DNA from: Octopus vulgaris | Lineage: Eukaryota | DNA length: 64,000 nucleotides | Direction: 5' to 3' | Assembly (NCBI GenBank): GCA_951406725.2 | Contig: OX597821.1 | Span: 9,796,001-9,860,000 of the forward strand | Shown: one piece after another, positions 40,635 to 55,016 of the stretch | Layout: every line of letters begins with the position of its first letter | Numbering within the stretch: position 1 is the stretch's first letter | Translations under genes and position numbers: made by a program | The notes under the pieces: generated by a model | Database searches by the model: none | What the model saw: the letters and a program-made list of their open reading frames with translations, nothing else | Told to the model about the DNA's origin: nothing

Positions 40635-43600
40635 ACAATACGTATGGAACATTGAGGAAGAGAAGGAGAATTAATCACAATACGTCAGTATCAGTTAACG
40701 AAGTAATATTACAAAATGTTGAAGCCTTATACTGAATAATTGAAAATTGTTCTGACAGCGAGAATAATTTGGTAGTGTTCTATGAGTGTGTTATGTTTAC
40801 CTTTATATATTTTGCAGTGATATTTTCGAAAAGGTGTAAATATTTTTTGATGTTGTTTGTGAATTATTTTCACATAACTGAACTGTTGTTCAAAGTGTTC
40901 GGTGTTCTGAGAGAAATTACCCATTCTGTTATAAATATACATGGGTTTCTTTGGTTATTGGTTTGTTCGTGTTAATAACATTGCTGCACTTGCTGACATA
41001 GCAATACTTCATTTTGTGGACCTTCCTTCAACAGCGGATACTTATCAAAGGGAAATGCTATAATTGTAGAAATTCTAGTATCTGAAGTGTATTTAAACAG
41101 CCTACATCCCCAAAAGTTATACGAGTGGGAATGAAGAGCATTTAAACCTGGTTTGTCCATCAAAGGGAAAATAGAACCAAATGCACGGCGTTTCAGCCTT
41201 ATCTAATTAATTAGAGGTGCCAGCTTCCACATGGTCAAATGAACGTGTATCAGAATTCATAAAAAAGAAATAGATTAAGTATGCAGTTTACAAATAATGT
41301 TTACGAGTAGGAATGCTGTGTGCATTATGACTGCCAGTTTTAAGTTTTAAGTAGCATGTACTCTTCTACAAATGATTCATTAAAGAGTGGTATTCCTTTA
41401 CGGAGACAGATGGCGCGTAAGTGTACAGAACTCGGTGACACATAAATACGAAGAAGAAACAATAGTGTCATAAAGTAATAGAGAAAAAGTGATATAGCTA
41501 ACAACAATCTCTTCCTCATTAAAATACAAGAGAGTATCAACGTACGCGATCAGCCTACAACAATTATCAATGAAATAACTCTTTGATCAAAATTATTATT
41601 TGGTAAATATAAGAAAAGGACACAGTGGCTATCATGTACCCGTTGGAAGACTGATGCACGAACTTCTCTGAGAACTTCCGTTCCAGTCACTATCTATCAG
41701 CTGTTTATAAACAACTGATTTATAAATCAGGTTTTTATAAATCTTCCATCATATTCTGAGAGGTTGCTCTACCCTCGTCGTCACTTCTATTCAAACTATA
41801 CGATATTTTATTCGCTATCTGCGTGATCATCGTATAAATAAATATGTATATATTCACCTATAATAATACTGAGAGGAAGGAATGCTTAGGTTGACACCTT
41901 TGTTGTGAGCAACATATCTTTGGTCTGTATTAAACTTTTAATCTTAAAATCGCAGACCTAGTAATAATATGTTAATATAATAATAAAGTACAGCAGTACA
42001 GCATTATAATAACTTGATTAGCATGGGGCAGAAACTCAAAGCCAAATACACTGTTCCGTAGTCTATATGAAATTTGTGGTATTGATATTATTTTCCTTTC
42101 TTTATCGAAGTTTCTCACTTTTACTATCTCATCTTTATAATTTGACCAGTCAGTTTGTGATTATTATAGTTTATATCAAGCTATAAAACCCATTGGTGCT
42201 TGTAATGATTTTTCTGACATTATATTCAACTGTTACTATTACACTCTGTCAGATGTAAATGTTACGACAGAAATTTTTATCGCTTGTAATATACACGGTG
42301 TGGCACGTAATTACGGTTTTAAACGTTGTAAGTTTAACTTTTACGGAGATCGACATTACTTGTCAGCTATTCAGTTACGATGAATTGAAATACAATTTAT
42401 AAACAAATTGTGCTATTTATTTACAACCGCTACGCTGTGCGATCAAACCGAATTCAACATAGTGTTTCCAGTTTCAAAATTGGATAATATAATACAACAT
42501 ATTAATGTTTAAATCATTGACTATGTCATTTATTCAAAATTGTTGGCTTCTGTCGGAAGGGGAAATCATTATTCCGTTTTATTTTAGATACCAAAACACT
42601 ATAGTAAAACCTTCATCGTTTCTAATTTAGTCCTTGTATGGAAACGTGCAATTTCTAATAATACTTCCAGGATCGAAACTATGAGAATTCACCATTTAGT
42701 GAGAAGAAAGTCTCACCAAGCACAAATTCTAGAGTATTGACAAGTAATCTTTTCATTTTCCGAAAACAGTCGATTAACAGATAAAAAATATTGACTGTCA
42801 ATTCCTGCTTTGTAATTTGACAACCAATCGAGTTAAAACTATCATTATAACTATGGTGTCAAACATTTGTGAAAGTAATAAACACTGTGTGTCTTTTCCA
42901 TTTATCTGTGAATATGTGGTTATATTAATTCTTGTAATCGTGTAGTCTTAGATCTTTCTTGAACGATCAAACCAATAGAGCTTTATGGCCCATATACTCT
43001 ATCGTTTTATAAATAAAATAAACTATTCCAAATTTGAATCGGTTCCTAGTTCCTTGGTAAAAACGGGTTTTGTAGGGTCCATTCTATAAAGCTTTACAAT
43101 TAAAACTGTACCAAATCCGTCAGATGGAGCATATTCTATTAACTTAATGCTCAGTTTGACACTATAACCGGATATCTTAGCAATTTACGCTCTCTTTTAA
43201 ACAATAATGTAGGTCTGTCACCTTGGTATATCTCACTTTTGTCTCCCATCATGTCTTAGAACGTAACACTTTATGAACTTTCGACTCCTTTCATTAGTCT
43301 GTGATCTTTTTCCATATTATTCATTATTTCTCTGATTATTTATTCGCTATCGATGTAATTTGAGAGATAGTTGTTTTCCACTGCGAGAAAAGTATGCAAC
43401 ATCACATTTCTTTTAGAAAACGCATCTGCAAAATACTATCTAAATAATTCTGTAATATACATATTTAATATAAACGTGTACAACTGGCAAACTAATGTTC
43501 ATGCTTAACATAACTTTAAAAGTTGGTGGCAAAACAGAAACATGGTAGACATCGAATCAAATATATTTCCCAAAACTATTAAATGCTCCCTGAAATGTGC

Positions 43601-44185
43601 AAATAAGAAAAACAACGTTCAAACTAATGGGAACTGGAATTTGAATAGAAATGTCTGTGAAAATACATTGTGAAATATTTTGTCACAATAAGCATCGTAT
43701 CTGTCAATCTAGCATTAATTGATGCATTTAGTAATTTATATGATAATAAGTTCACCGATAAGTAGACATCCGTTTCAATCACATCAAGTATTTTGAAAGT
43801 ATGAACATATAATAAGAATGAGAAATACGAGATAAGAGTAAGTATTTTACAGCTTATACTTATTGGAAGAAAATGAATTTCGTGAAGAATAATTCCATAA
43901 CATGTCACTATGAATGACAACATAAATCATTTATTATGATTTGAAAGTAAAATATCTCATTAAAATTAAAATGTCAACACTGATATATCTAGTGATTATC
44001 AAAACTGAAATGTATAGCGGATAGATCATCACGCTTCATTGGGAGGTGATAAGAAGGAATGATATATGGTGTATAAGTGCTACTGTGAGAAGCTGATGTG
44101 AAAATTTAGATGTACTAGAAAGAGCAGCCAACATTACCTGAAACAACACATTTTTATTAAAACCATGTAGATACATTAGATTATG

Positions 44186-44740
44186 TATTTGGTTAGCCTA
44201 TGAATAATGCGTTTTTTTTAACTGCATGAATTAAATGTTGGGGCGATACGGGATACACTAACTGCATCAGCTTGCTATAAAAATAGGTGATAGTTTTACT
44301 TTGTCCTCATTCTTAGTGAAAGTTTTGAAGAGTGCAGTTCGATTTTAACAGTTGTTTTTTCAAAGGTATAATGAAAGTGTCAAAAAAGCATACTCGGCAT
44401 ATTTTCCTTTCTAAGTTGAATAAATTATGTTATTACCCGAATAAAGGCAACAAAACAACGGAAAGTGCGAAGAATATTAATGAAGTATATGGGAATCGAA
44501 CAATAACCGTAAGCCAGTGTCAACAGTGGTTCCAGAAATTCCGAGCCAGAAACTACAGCCTAGAAGACGAGTCGCATCCTGGGGCATCTGTAGAGCCCAA
44601 CGGGAACGTCTGGCGAACACTGCTGGAAGAAACCCCATACGTAACTGTTGGGGAACTAGCAGAAAATCTTGGATTTGGTCATTCAAACATTCATCAACAC
44701 CTGCGTCTCATCATAAAAATCAGAAAATTGAGCCAAAATC
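44186..44740 (+). mobile_element. 5' part of a mariner transposon (Mos1-type HTH region)
   Basis: MKVSKKHTRHIFL...KTTESAKNINEVYGNRTITVSQCQQWFQKFRARNYSLEDESHPG...TVGELAENLG. Truncated before the catalytic domain. Confidence 0.85.
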
Positions 44741-45139
44741 CTGTTTAATAGTGTATATATACAGAGGAGATATATACTACCAAAAATGATTTTATTGAAC
44801 TCCTATTTTTATTGAACTCCTAATATTTTTATTGAATTCCTAATACGTTTTGTTAAATATTTTCTCAAGGTATTTCCTTTTCAACTGTTTTTCACATTTT
44901 CTTATCATCAAATAATGTAATTTAATGTGACAAAGCTTTACATTTTAGTTTTGACAATTTTTTCTAAAAAGTGAAACCGGTCAAGTGAATAAACATCTTT
45001 AAAATTGCATTTCCAAACCTTCTTTCATATATATTTCCACTCGTGGGGTACCTTTCAACTTCACTTATATGTATATATATATATATATATATGATATATA
45101 ATAAACACAATATATGTGTGGTAGACATAGATCAGAAAA

Positions 45140-45850
45140 GGATCTGATTTTATTCATCTACGCATAGGTTACATATTTTATTCGTTGACATACGGTATGA
45201 AATTTTTGACTACTTTCAACTTTATGGTATGTGGTTTAGCGTTAGATTTAATCTCCATGCTTGGCTAGCTAACTGGTGTCCTCGAATTGGATGGAACTAT
45301 ATACTTATCATAGCAATTTTTGAAGTCTCCTCACCTTTCAAATAGTCCGATATAGCTCTTCGTATCCGTTGCTGTAACTTCTGCCTCATATATGACATTG
45401 TTGATCAAACATCCCTGGTTGTGGAGACAAATTACTGGGTCTCCGCGGTTACAACTAGGAGTGAGCTCTTGGTTTTACTCTCATGCTACGATGCTGCTTG
45501 GAGCAGCAGCTATATGATAATATTCACTGAGTGGCTGTTAAATATTCTCTTGTACCACTGATTTTCTGGAAAATGTTTGCTTAGGAGAGACAGGAACGTT
45601 TATCATTGTTAGTTTTTACATTAAGGGAAACGGGTAGGACGGATCAAATTATTTTCATTGGACAATTTTTAGGTGTTTTATTATTATTTGTTTTATAATT
45701 AGAGTGTGATATATAAATTTATACTCCAAGCTACCATTTGGCATTATTGTTGTATGGAGCTGTTTCTCGCAAAATTTCTTTAGAGGAATAGAGGTTAGAT
45801 ACATACTCTGCTACTAATGTTAGCTATCAGCCTTTCAACCATCCACTTTC
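45140..45850 (-). mobile_element. Old Naiad-like PLE remnant (thumb, linker, GIY-YIG), missed by the ORF track
   Basis: Broken minus frames give VSNLYSSKEILRETAPYNN, SLNVKTN, FLSLLSKHFPENQWYKRIFNSHSV, LSYSCC, CLINNVIYEAEVTATDTKSYIGL and KICNLCVDE, collinear with the ORF at 53034-55016. Confidence 0.8.
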
Positions 45851-48800
45851 CTTGTTTCTCGCCTTTTCCTGTTTCTTTCTCTTTTTATCGTCCTGTTTTT
45901 ATTTTATTATGCTATTTTAGCAGTGCCTCGAGTTTGTGCCAAATCAGCAAACTGGTTAAAAATATTCTCTGCCTTGTTTCCATCACGTGAATCTAATAGC
46001 AATACATAGAAATATATTGTGTTTATTAAATAATATTTATCCCTCACTACATTGATTACTTTCCTGTTGATCTTACTATCATGGAACAGTTACTATATAT
46101 ATATGTGTTTATATATATATATATAATGATTCTAAGAGATTTTAAATCTTCTGACTTAATATAGTTCACCGCGTAGCAAAATGAAAATATATTCACCATC
46201 ATATTAAAGCAGTAATATTTTCCATTAGACATAAAAGGATTCGTTTCATTAAGTTTGTTTGCAACCGGGTAGCTTTTGTTGTTGAACATTGATATTTGAC
46301 TTCATGTTAGAAACAAAACCTTATCGTCACCAGCTCTGGATGAACAAAGTACACCATCTTCGTAACAATGATATCGCGTATTTAATTTCCTTTGCAAAAT
46401 TGTATTCATATTTTCTTGAATAGTACTGTTAGATATATTTTTGTATTTCTTTTAAGTAGATACATTCAGTCATGGTTCCGACAACATTACTAAATTGCAG
46501 AAGACTCTGAATTAGTAAGATACCCGGGTATATGAATTAAGAATTATTATCTATGGATAATACGTGTTTTGTTAGAAGGATATGGGCACCTCCATTTGCC
46601 TGGGTGTAAGTAATTCTATCTGCCTCTGTGTATCTTAAATGTATTCTACAGTTATTGAATATCGATTCTATGTCCATTTAGATCGAATGCATAAGCTATG
46701 ATAATCAAATTGTTCATATTTTCTGATACATCCTTTCGAGAGAGATCAATTCTCTCCCCACATAAATATTGTTGCTGTATTTTCATGAACAAAGCGCAAG
46801 TAATTACTGTTACGAAGACAAGAAATTAGTCGATATCCTCTACTGCATTACCACTTTTTATTCAAGCCATAGGGATAAAAGGCAAAGTTGACGTCAGCGG
46901 TGCTTGAACTTAGAATATAATGATCAGAAACAAAGAAAAGCATATTTCTGTAAAACAACCATTTTCATATTTATTCTTAATAATTAGGGTAGTAAAACCT
47001 AAGAGTATAAATTTTGTAATAACTTATGGCTGTAGTGTTGATGCAATCTGGGAAAATATTGAAATGGGTCTTCCGTCATGGTCAGGCGTTAGCAAAAGCC
47101 TTGTACGTTTTTTCTTTAAACGCAGCAGAACTATAATCAAAAGCACCCCAACTCCCCTCAAGCCATCCGAGGATTGAAATATCTAAATTATAGAATGGCA
47201 TATTTTCAAAAGATAATAGTGTAATTTGAGAGTTATATATCCCTTATTTCAAGCATGTAAGTGCAACACAAAATATCTTCAAAATCTCTTCAAAATAGAT
47301 TTATGTCTATTACTATTTGCTAGATGATGATTATTATTATATCAGCTGTGGGTAAGCGGAACTATGAAAAGGGGGATCGAACTGTATCCGTTGCAGCTTT
47401 TATTAATTTCAAGAATAACATTTTTGCTTACTTTATCAGAAATTTCAATAATTATTTAAAGCCGAGGAGGATTCTTATGACGATAATTTGGCCCTCACTT
47501 ATATTGAGTCAATGAACTATCTCAAATTGTTGCTGCTTAAACCTAGGTTATCCATGAGGAAGCTATGACAACATGCATTCTTCCTTCTAAACTGTATGTA
47601 TGAAGCTATATGTCTACTCCCTTTCATAACAAAGTGAACTGAGATTGGAAAGTATGTTGGGTGCTAAATGGTTGGTGGAAAGCCCTGTCTCTCTAGGGGG
47701 ATAACTGTTGTGGCGATCTTTAGTATGTTAGACAAAATAGGTTATGATAATTTCAGTTAAATTTCAAAATTGTTCTACACATTTTCCGTCTTCAGCACCA
47801 ACTGCAGATCACGTAATATGAATACATTACATTTTAACAATATTTAGATTACAACAGTGCATCGTGTTCTTCAGCAACGTTCACAATGACTTCATGAAAG
47901 GCATCAAACCACCTCGAATCGATCGTTTTGTATTTTGAGATATAAACAGGAATATTTATGAATTGAAAGAAAAGAAATACAGGATAAGATTAACATGTTC
48001 ATTGTCACAACAACAGTTTTTATTACAAAAATAATGTATATATAGTTCGCATGAGGAATGATCATGCTCAAGTATTTTATTAATCTCATGGCTAGAAAGG
48101 GAACATACAGATTCAAACACAGATACAAATTAATCCACTGTTCCAAAGAGAATTTTGAAACACGAAACCCATTAAGACCCAAGTGAAGTTCATAATGATA
48201 AATACCACGATATTACTACAATAAAACTGAAGTGCCACCATTACCGGTAATGTATGGTTTCACCATCGAAACTATTCTGTAGAAGGAACCACAGGAAAAT
48301 AGCATACTATAATCCACGTACCTCTAAGGAACTATATAATTAACGATACAACAGAATAATGTATAATCCTAAGTTTTGCATATAGGTTGTTTTCAGTTGA
48401 AATTCCGAGAGGATTACTTCCCACATACATAAAACCTGAAACATTGTATTGAATTGTGACCCGTTTTGATAAAACATGAAGCTATGTATTACACACTTAC
48501 ACAAACACGCCTGCACGCGCGCACGCACACACACACACACACAAACGTACACCAACAAGCGAAAGATATAAATACATATACAGAGAGAGAAAGGAGGAAA
48601 GATAGTGAGAGCAGCAAACAATGGATGGAGAGAAAAAATCGGTAGATAGAAAGATTAATGTATAAGTACATAGAGACAGATGGACTGGTAGCTAGAGGGA
48701 TATAAAAATAAATATGCATGCATACACATATACACATACAGACACACAACCACACATATTTAGAAATACATATATGTATAGGTGTACACGCTGCATAGCT

Positions 48801-48999
48801 ACTGACGGTCAGTAATTCTGTGAAGAGGCTGCCTATTTCATATTAACTTGGACATTTAACGATAATTTCGGGATGAGATTGGGTGAGAAGACGGGAGAGG
48901 TGCCTTACATGTACAAAATACCCGATAAATAATTACTAAGCATTGACTCATGTTGGTACATGCGCCCGAAAACGCACACAAATACAGCCACACACACAA

Positions 49000-49042
<43 letters not shown>

Positions 49043-49222
49043 TTGGTGTAGATGCGTTAGAGGTGCAAAGGTTTATGTGTTGTAACAAGTTCTATAACCA
49101 CATGATTCTGAGTTAAGGCCCACTGTGCGTCTCTTTGGGAAGGTTTCTTCTTCTCTAGTCTTGGCCCGAGCAGGGTCAGTCGTCTGATTTCATTTTGTGG
49201 ATGGTAAATGAAAGAAGCACAT

Positions 49223-50160
49223 CCGAAACTGCAAGGACGATCTGCTCCTCGGCTAATGATCGAGAGTTCCAAATCACTCGTCCTTACATTTTCCTGTCTT
49301 TTTTGTGTCACCTACTGTCCGAATGTTTTGTTGTCACCTGTTACATTCTTGTTACATTTTTGGTTGGATATTTATATATGCATATAGCGGCATACGTATA
49401 CTTTTGGTCTCCTGTTTTTAAGTACATACGTATGTCTGCGTGTGCGTGTCTGTATGTGTGTGCGTGGGTGTGTATAAATTACGTGCGACTCTTACTCATT
49501 CATTTAGCCCCTTTCACACTTTCTTCGTTCCTTTTCTTTTTCTGGCTCCCAACTTCTCTCATATTTCTTGGCACTCCCTTCATTCTCATCACTTTCTATC
49601 CTCCTCTACCTCACACTGTCTCTTTCCTTGTTTCTCTCTTTCTCGTCCCTCCCTAGTTCTTTAATCCTTTACTCACTACATCTTTCCTCTCCTTGCTCAT
49701 GACCGGTGTTCGGCCAAGCCTGACCTTTCTTTCTTGGTTCGACTATCATCCTTGTAGCATCTCTTGTGTTTCTTTCCATGACGTTCATCCTAAAGTTTCC
49801 TGCTGTAAGTCTTCACTTCCACATACACCAGATTAACTTAATTCAACCTTAGTCGAAAGTCGCCTGTTGTGCTGTTGCTTCTATTTGAAATTGTGTATAA
49901 TTTCTCCGTTATTTCATCCTTGATTGCCTATATATTCGATTGCTTTCTTCCAAAGAAACTAGTGCTTTTTGCTTAGATTTTCTTGGGGCCGGCCAGATTA
50001 GAGCAGTCTCGAGATTAACCAGCCAAAACTGGAAAGACGATCTGCTTCTCGACTGATGATTGAAAGCTCCGAATTACTCGTGCTTTTCTTTTATTGTCCT
50101 TTTTAGTATCATCTGATCGTCCGAATGATATGTTGTCGACTGTTATGTCCTTGTTCCATT

Positions 50161-50165
<5 letters not shown>
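49223..50165 (+). mobile_element. Non-coding element bounded by diverged ~140-bp direct repeats
   Basis: 49223-49360 aligns with 50023-50165 at offset 800 (AAACTG...GACGATCTGCT...GTCCGAATG...), followed by (TA)n. Confidence 0.55.
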
Positions 50166-50211
<46 letters not shown>

Positions 50212-50261
50212 TAAGAGGATGCATGGCGTTCAATCATAAAATAATATAAACAATATAGATG

Positions 50262-50328
<67 letters not shown>

Positions 50329-50512
50329 ATACATACGTATATATACATACTTACATCTATACGTATATAGATATGTATATGTCGGCACAAGAGATCACGA
50401 AACGTGTACAACGAAAAAGTTCGAAGTGCATCGAGTACATTGAACATGAACTTGCGATAATAATAACAATATTAATATCTATATAAATATTTTACTCTGA
50501 ATATTTCTGCTG

Positions 50513-50637
<125 letters not shown>

Positions 50638-51518
50638 CTGTGTGTGTGTGTATACTGGAAAAAGCTTGCACTGGCTGACACTTACATGTAAGCATTACAC
50701 ATACAAAAATCACTTACTCTCTCTCTATCTCTACAAATAGCATCCCGTGTAACATAACTCTACCATTCAAACATATACATAGATATTCAAAGCGAACAAT
50801 AATATGTTCGAACATGTTTCATCTTAAATACGCATAGTTATAAAAAGCAACTTTTCCTTATCTTCTGTTTTTGTTCACTCAGTCTTAAACGAGCGGTCTT
50901 ATTTGGTTTGGTCACGTAAAGCTATTTCTGATTATTCCCATTATTCACTGGAGATTGCTTTCCGTATGTACCATAGTATTAAAAATGACTTTTCTGAATC
51001 TCAGTCTTTTCAAATCTAATTTAAGTCAGCAAATCACAATTCAAATCTTTGAAATTTCTTCTTTGACATGGTACGTATAACTATTTACTATTTTATAATT
51101 TTTTATGCAAACAAAATGGAATGCATAGACGTCCTAAAACCCTTGTTCAAATTGTAATAATGGACAGATATATTTTGAAAGCAGCAACATCAGCAGTAGT
51201 ATTAGGGTATCTTTCGGCCCTTGTTGCTATTTTGATATCAAAAATATTTATGCTGTTGTTCATAGATTATATATTACATCAACATATCACATATCATCAA
51301 AAGCTGAATATTGTCAATTTCATGTCCATCACGAAATTGGCGGTTATTAATAATTTTCAATCAGAATTTAAATGTAACAGAAAATGATGCATTTAACCAG
51401 AACTTATGGACGGGTATTTTGTTGAACGGAAAAAAGCTACGGAAACATCTGTTTCGTCTAATATTGAAAACTGAACAGAAGACGAAACAGGAATCCGATA
51501 AGGTGTAAAAGCATAGAG

Positions 51519-51586
<68 letters not shown>

Positions 51587-51675
51587 ATGTGTGTGTGTGT
51601 GTGCGTGTGTTAAATAAAATGAAACAACAAAGCCAAGGCTGTGTGGAGTTTTCAAGACATTTATAAAGAGAAAGT

Positions 51676-51727
51676 TAGTCTTGCAACTGTTTCTGGTATA
51701 TTAGTGATATGCCTTCAACGGAAACTA
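51676..51727 (-). ncRNA. Decayed type I hammerhead relic in a PLE-type fragment
   Basis: Minus strand TAGTTT-CCGTTGA-a-GGCATAT-cacta-ATATACC-a-GAAAC-AGTT-GCA-AGACTA. Stems are recognisable but the core and cleavage site are mutated. Confidence 0.45.
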
Positions 51728-52856
51728 TGTGAGATGTTTAAATAGAATGTATAAAGATGTTATAGTTGCAGTTACATTATCTAAGGAATGTGGTGTATAG
51801 AAGTGGTATAAATGCTTCCTATCCGTGGTATGTAAATTCCAATAGGAGTCAATATTTTGTTATCACAGATGGAATCGTGGAGACAAAGATTCCATGTGCT
51901 GTTCATTCAAAGAAGTCTTGTTGTGTGAATGAATATTTGAGAACATATTAAGTAGACAGAGAGAGGAGAAGAGATGTTTATGTTAAAATGTAGACAGAGG
52001 TCAAAAGAAAAAGTGAGAAAAAAAGTAAAGAAAGAGGGAGAGAAAATGAAAACAAGATCAGAAAATGAAGAATTGTAAATAGAATAAAAAATAAAAACCC
52101 GGAGTGTTATTTGGTGGCCAAGATATTAAGGGGGGTATGCGGAGGAGTAGGGTAGGAGTAGGAAAAGATAAGAACGTAAATAATGAATATGTGTGAGGTA
52201 TATGAGGAGGTGTGATATGTTAGAATTGCATTAAGGGATGGATACAGAAAGAGGTAAAGCAAGGGGTTTTCTAAAGTGAGTAGTAAACCACAAAACAAGA
52301 ACAGAATACTAAGACTGATCAAGTTTCTATAAATAGACCTATGTGTTTATTTTACTGGCTAATATAATAGTGTCACTATAAGAATCAGACAAAGAAAGGT
52401 GTATTAATTTATATACGCACCCCCCACCACACACACTCATGCACACACACAGACACACACAGACACACACACACACACATATACATATGTGTGTGTCTAA
52501 GCATTATTATGTAGCTCTGCGTACTTGTGTACTTAAACACGGACGCGTGCATGCACATATATATATACACATACATATACACGCTAAAACATATACGCAC
52601 ATACGCATGCATGCACTGAAATATACCTAGACAAGCATACTCATATATATATATGCACACACATACCCATAAATACATGCGTATACACATACCCGTTCGA
52701 AAATATACACGGGTATATGCACACGAATGCACAGTTACACGCACACGCAAGCGAGCACACACAGGCTTATATATATATATATATATATAAAAACATATGT
52801 ATATATATATATATATATGTATATACGCGAGAAAAAAGCAACAAGAATGGATAGGT

Positions 52857-52947
52857 TTTTAGTACAATCGTTTCATACAAGGACAGGCTTTATTAAAAGT
52901 TGCAAAAATTGCAGCATATAAACGTGTCCCGTACTCATCAGCTAAAA
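52857..52947 (-). ncRNA. Type I hammerhead ribozyme, inverted pLTR copy
   Basis: Reverse complement of 56481-56571. Confidence 0.75.
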
Positions 52948-53033
52948 TACATGTGAGTTCTCTAGACATCCTAGTGGTTGAGGCTATACTCATGAAGTAA
53001 TGTATATAATTAAGTAACATAAACAGATTTCCA

Positions 53034-55016
53034 GCTAGGAAGACATTTATAGAATTTGAAGATAAATTATGGACTAGAGGGGATACACCTAATTATTTTG
53101 ATATACCAATGGGTTCCAGTGATTCGGCTGAGGTAACCAACCTAGTAGGCGCATATCTATTAAAATGCATAAGCAAGGATATCCCAGAAATACAGGGGGG
53201 TCTATATAGGGATGATGCTCTGTTTGTTATCCCTAGTAATAATAAATCTGTTATAGAAAGGATTAGAAAGAAAATTAATAAGTTCTTTAAGGATTTCAAC
53301 CTCAGTATAACGTATGAACCGGGCACTAAAATAGTTAACTTCCTAGATATTAGGCTAGACCTTAACTCCAAGCTGCATTACCCATTTAGAAAGGAAGGCG
53401 AAATCACGAATTACGTAAATAAATTATCAAATCATCCCCCAAATATAATTGAATCTTTAGTAAGAAATATTTCATTAAGAATTTCAAAATTATCATCCAA
53501 TAAGGATATATTTAACTCCCATTCTGAGCATTATAATGCGGCGTTAACTAAGGCTGGATACAACCAAAAGATTACATTCATTGATAAGGAGAACTCACGT
53601 ATTCCTAATAAAGAAGTTATCAGTAATCACGTAAGCAGCAATACAGACCAAGCCCGAAATAAAAGTAGAATTAAATTAACGGTAAACGCTAATCTAACGT
53701 ACAGGCCCAACAATTCAAATAGAAGCATTGACCAGAACATAGGTAACTCGGATAATATCGAAGTAGATAAACCAAAGATGCACACAAATAAAAATAAAAA
53801 TAATGGTAATAAATACAATAACTCCGGTGAGATGAATAGTAATAATTCTACGAACCCTAAATTTAATAAAAAAGACATAATATGGCTGAATATTCCTTTC
53901 AACTGTGCGATACAATCGGATATACAGAACAAATTCAAAGTAATTCTGGAAAAAAATTTCCCAATCTCTCATAGATATCATAGAATTATTTCTAGGAAAA
54001 CAGTTAGGATTTCTTATTCAACCCTCCCAAATATGTCCACTTTAATAGCTAAGATTAATAATAACAACATTAAACTAGCCAGGAAAGATAAAAATAAAAA
54101 TAATAATATCAGCATGAATACCAATAGCAATTATAATAATACTACCAACAATAAAAACAGCAATAGTAACTATCAAAACATGGGTGAAATTAGTAACCAC
54201 AGAATGACTAATAACATTAACATTAATAGTAATAATAACAATACCGATATTAATAGAAGTAATAATGTTAATAATAGAAATAATAGAAATAAGGCTAATG
54301 GAGAAAATAAGGAGAATGAAAATATCAGTGATATCTATAACAACAATATGCAGTCGGATAAAAAGACTAACAATAATAGTAACATTACCAATAATATAAG
54401 AAATCATGGTAGGACTTTAGACCTAAAAGATGAAACAGAAGGATCAATAAATAATAGCAATACTTTAGATATCAGCACCAACTATAGAAATATTAATAAC
54501 AATAAGGACAATTATACTCATGATAATCAAAATAATAGGAACCTAAGACATCTACCCAAGAATAATCCAAAACCTGAAGTTGTTCCTCCTGTGTGTAAGT
54601 GTAGAATAAAATCAAAATGCCCGGCACCTGGTCTATGCGGGGAAAATAATGTAATCTATAAATGTACCATATCCACGGAGTATAACAAATATTTTTACAT
54701 TGGATGTACAATTAATTTTCTAGCCAGAGTTAGAAATCACATCTCGTCTTTTAAATTACGTCATAAAGCTGGTACCACCACACTTTCAAGCAAAATCTGG
54801 GAACTCAAAAATAATAATAATAAATATAACCTTAATTGGGAAATAGTTAGGAGAGCAATTCCGTATAAAAATAGCAGGGTTGGTTGCCAACTATGCTCCA
54901 TGGAGACGTATGAAATTCTAAAGCATAGAAAACATAGAAACTTATTGAATAACCATATCGAACTAGGTCAAGTTTGTGTCCACGCTAAATTGAAGACTTT
55001 AAAATATTTTGAATGA
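53034..55016 (+). CDS. 5'-truncated PLE polyprotein: C-terminal RT, thumb, Asn-rich linkers, Cys knuckle, GIY-YIG endonuclease
   Basis: Frame is open from the junction at 53034: ARKTF...FDIPMGSSDSAEVTNLVG, GLYRDD, VNFLD, YVNKLSNHPP, IIWLNIPF, CKCRIKSKCP, NVIY...FYIG, CQLCSME, CVH. The Met at 53109 is internal to RT, not the true start. Confidence 0.92.
   Translation, partial: ARKTFIEFEDKLWTRGDTPNYFDIPMGSSDSAEVTNLVGAYLLKCISKDIPEIQGGLYRDDALFVIPSNNKSVIERIRKKINKFFKDFNLSITYEPGTKIVNFLDIRLDLNSKLHYPFRKEGEITNYVNKLSNHPPNIIESLVRNISLRISKLSSNKDIFNSHSEHYNAALTKAGYNQKITFIDKENSRIPNKEVISNHVSSNTDQARNKSRIKLTVNANLTYRPNNSNRSIDQNIGNSDNIEVDKPKMHTNKNKNNGNKYNNSGEMNSNNSTNPKFNKKDIIWLNIPFNCAIQSDIQNKFKVILEKNFPISHRYHRIISRKTVRISYSTLPNMSTLIAKINNNNIKLARKDKNKNNNISMNTNSNYNNTTNNKNSNSNYQNMGEISNHRMTNNININSNNNNTDINRSNNVNNRNNRNKANGENKENENISDIYNNNMQSDKKTNNNSNITNNIRNHGRTLDLKDETEGSINNSNTLDISTNYRNINNNKDNYTHDNQNNRNLRHLPKNNPKPEVVPPVCKCRIKSKCPAPGLCGENNVIYKCTISTEYNKYFYIGCTINFLARVRNHISSFKLRHKAGTTTLSSKIWELKNNNNKYNLNWEIVRRAIPYKNSRVGCQLCSMETYEILKHRKHRNLLNNHIELGQVCVHAKLKTLKYFE

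Noticed and set aside
46056-46800. Possible decayed fibronectin type III exon on the minus strand (SY*FRVFCNLVMLSEP*LNVST)
   Set aside because: The resemblance is short, needs stops and frameshifts, and has no clear splice boundaries.
47904-48260. Hydrophobic ORF suggesting a membrane receptor (similar cases at 8736, 13420 and 43624)
   Set aside because: No family motifs, and hydrophobic translations are expected from T-rich DNA.
53034-55016. Possible selenoprotein-type Naiad with in-frame UGA
   Set aside because: No internal TGA in the retained frame. Cysteines use normal codons and the only TGA is terminal.
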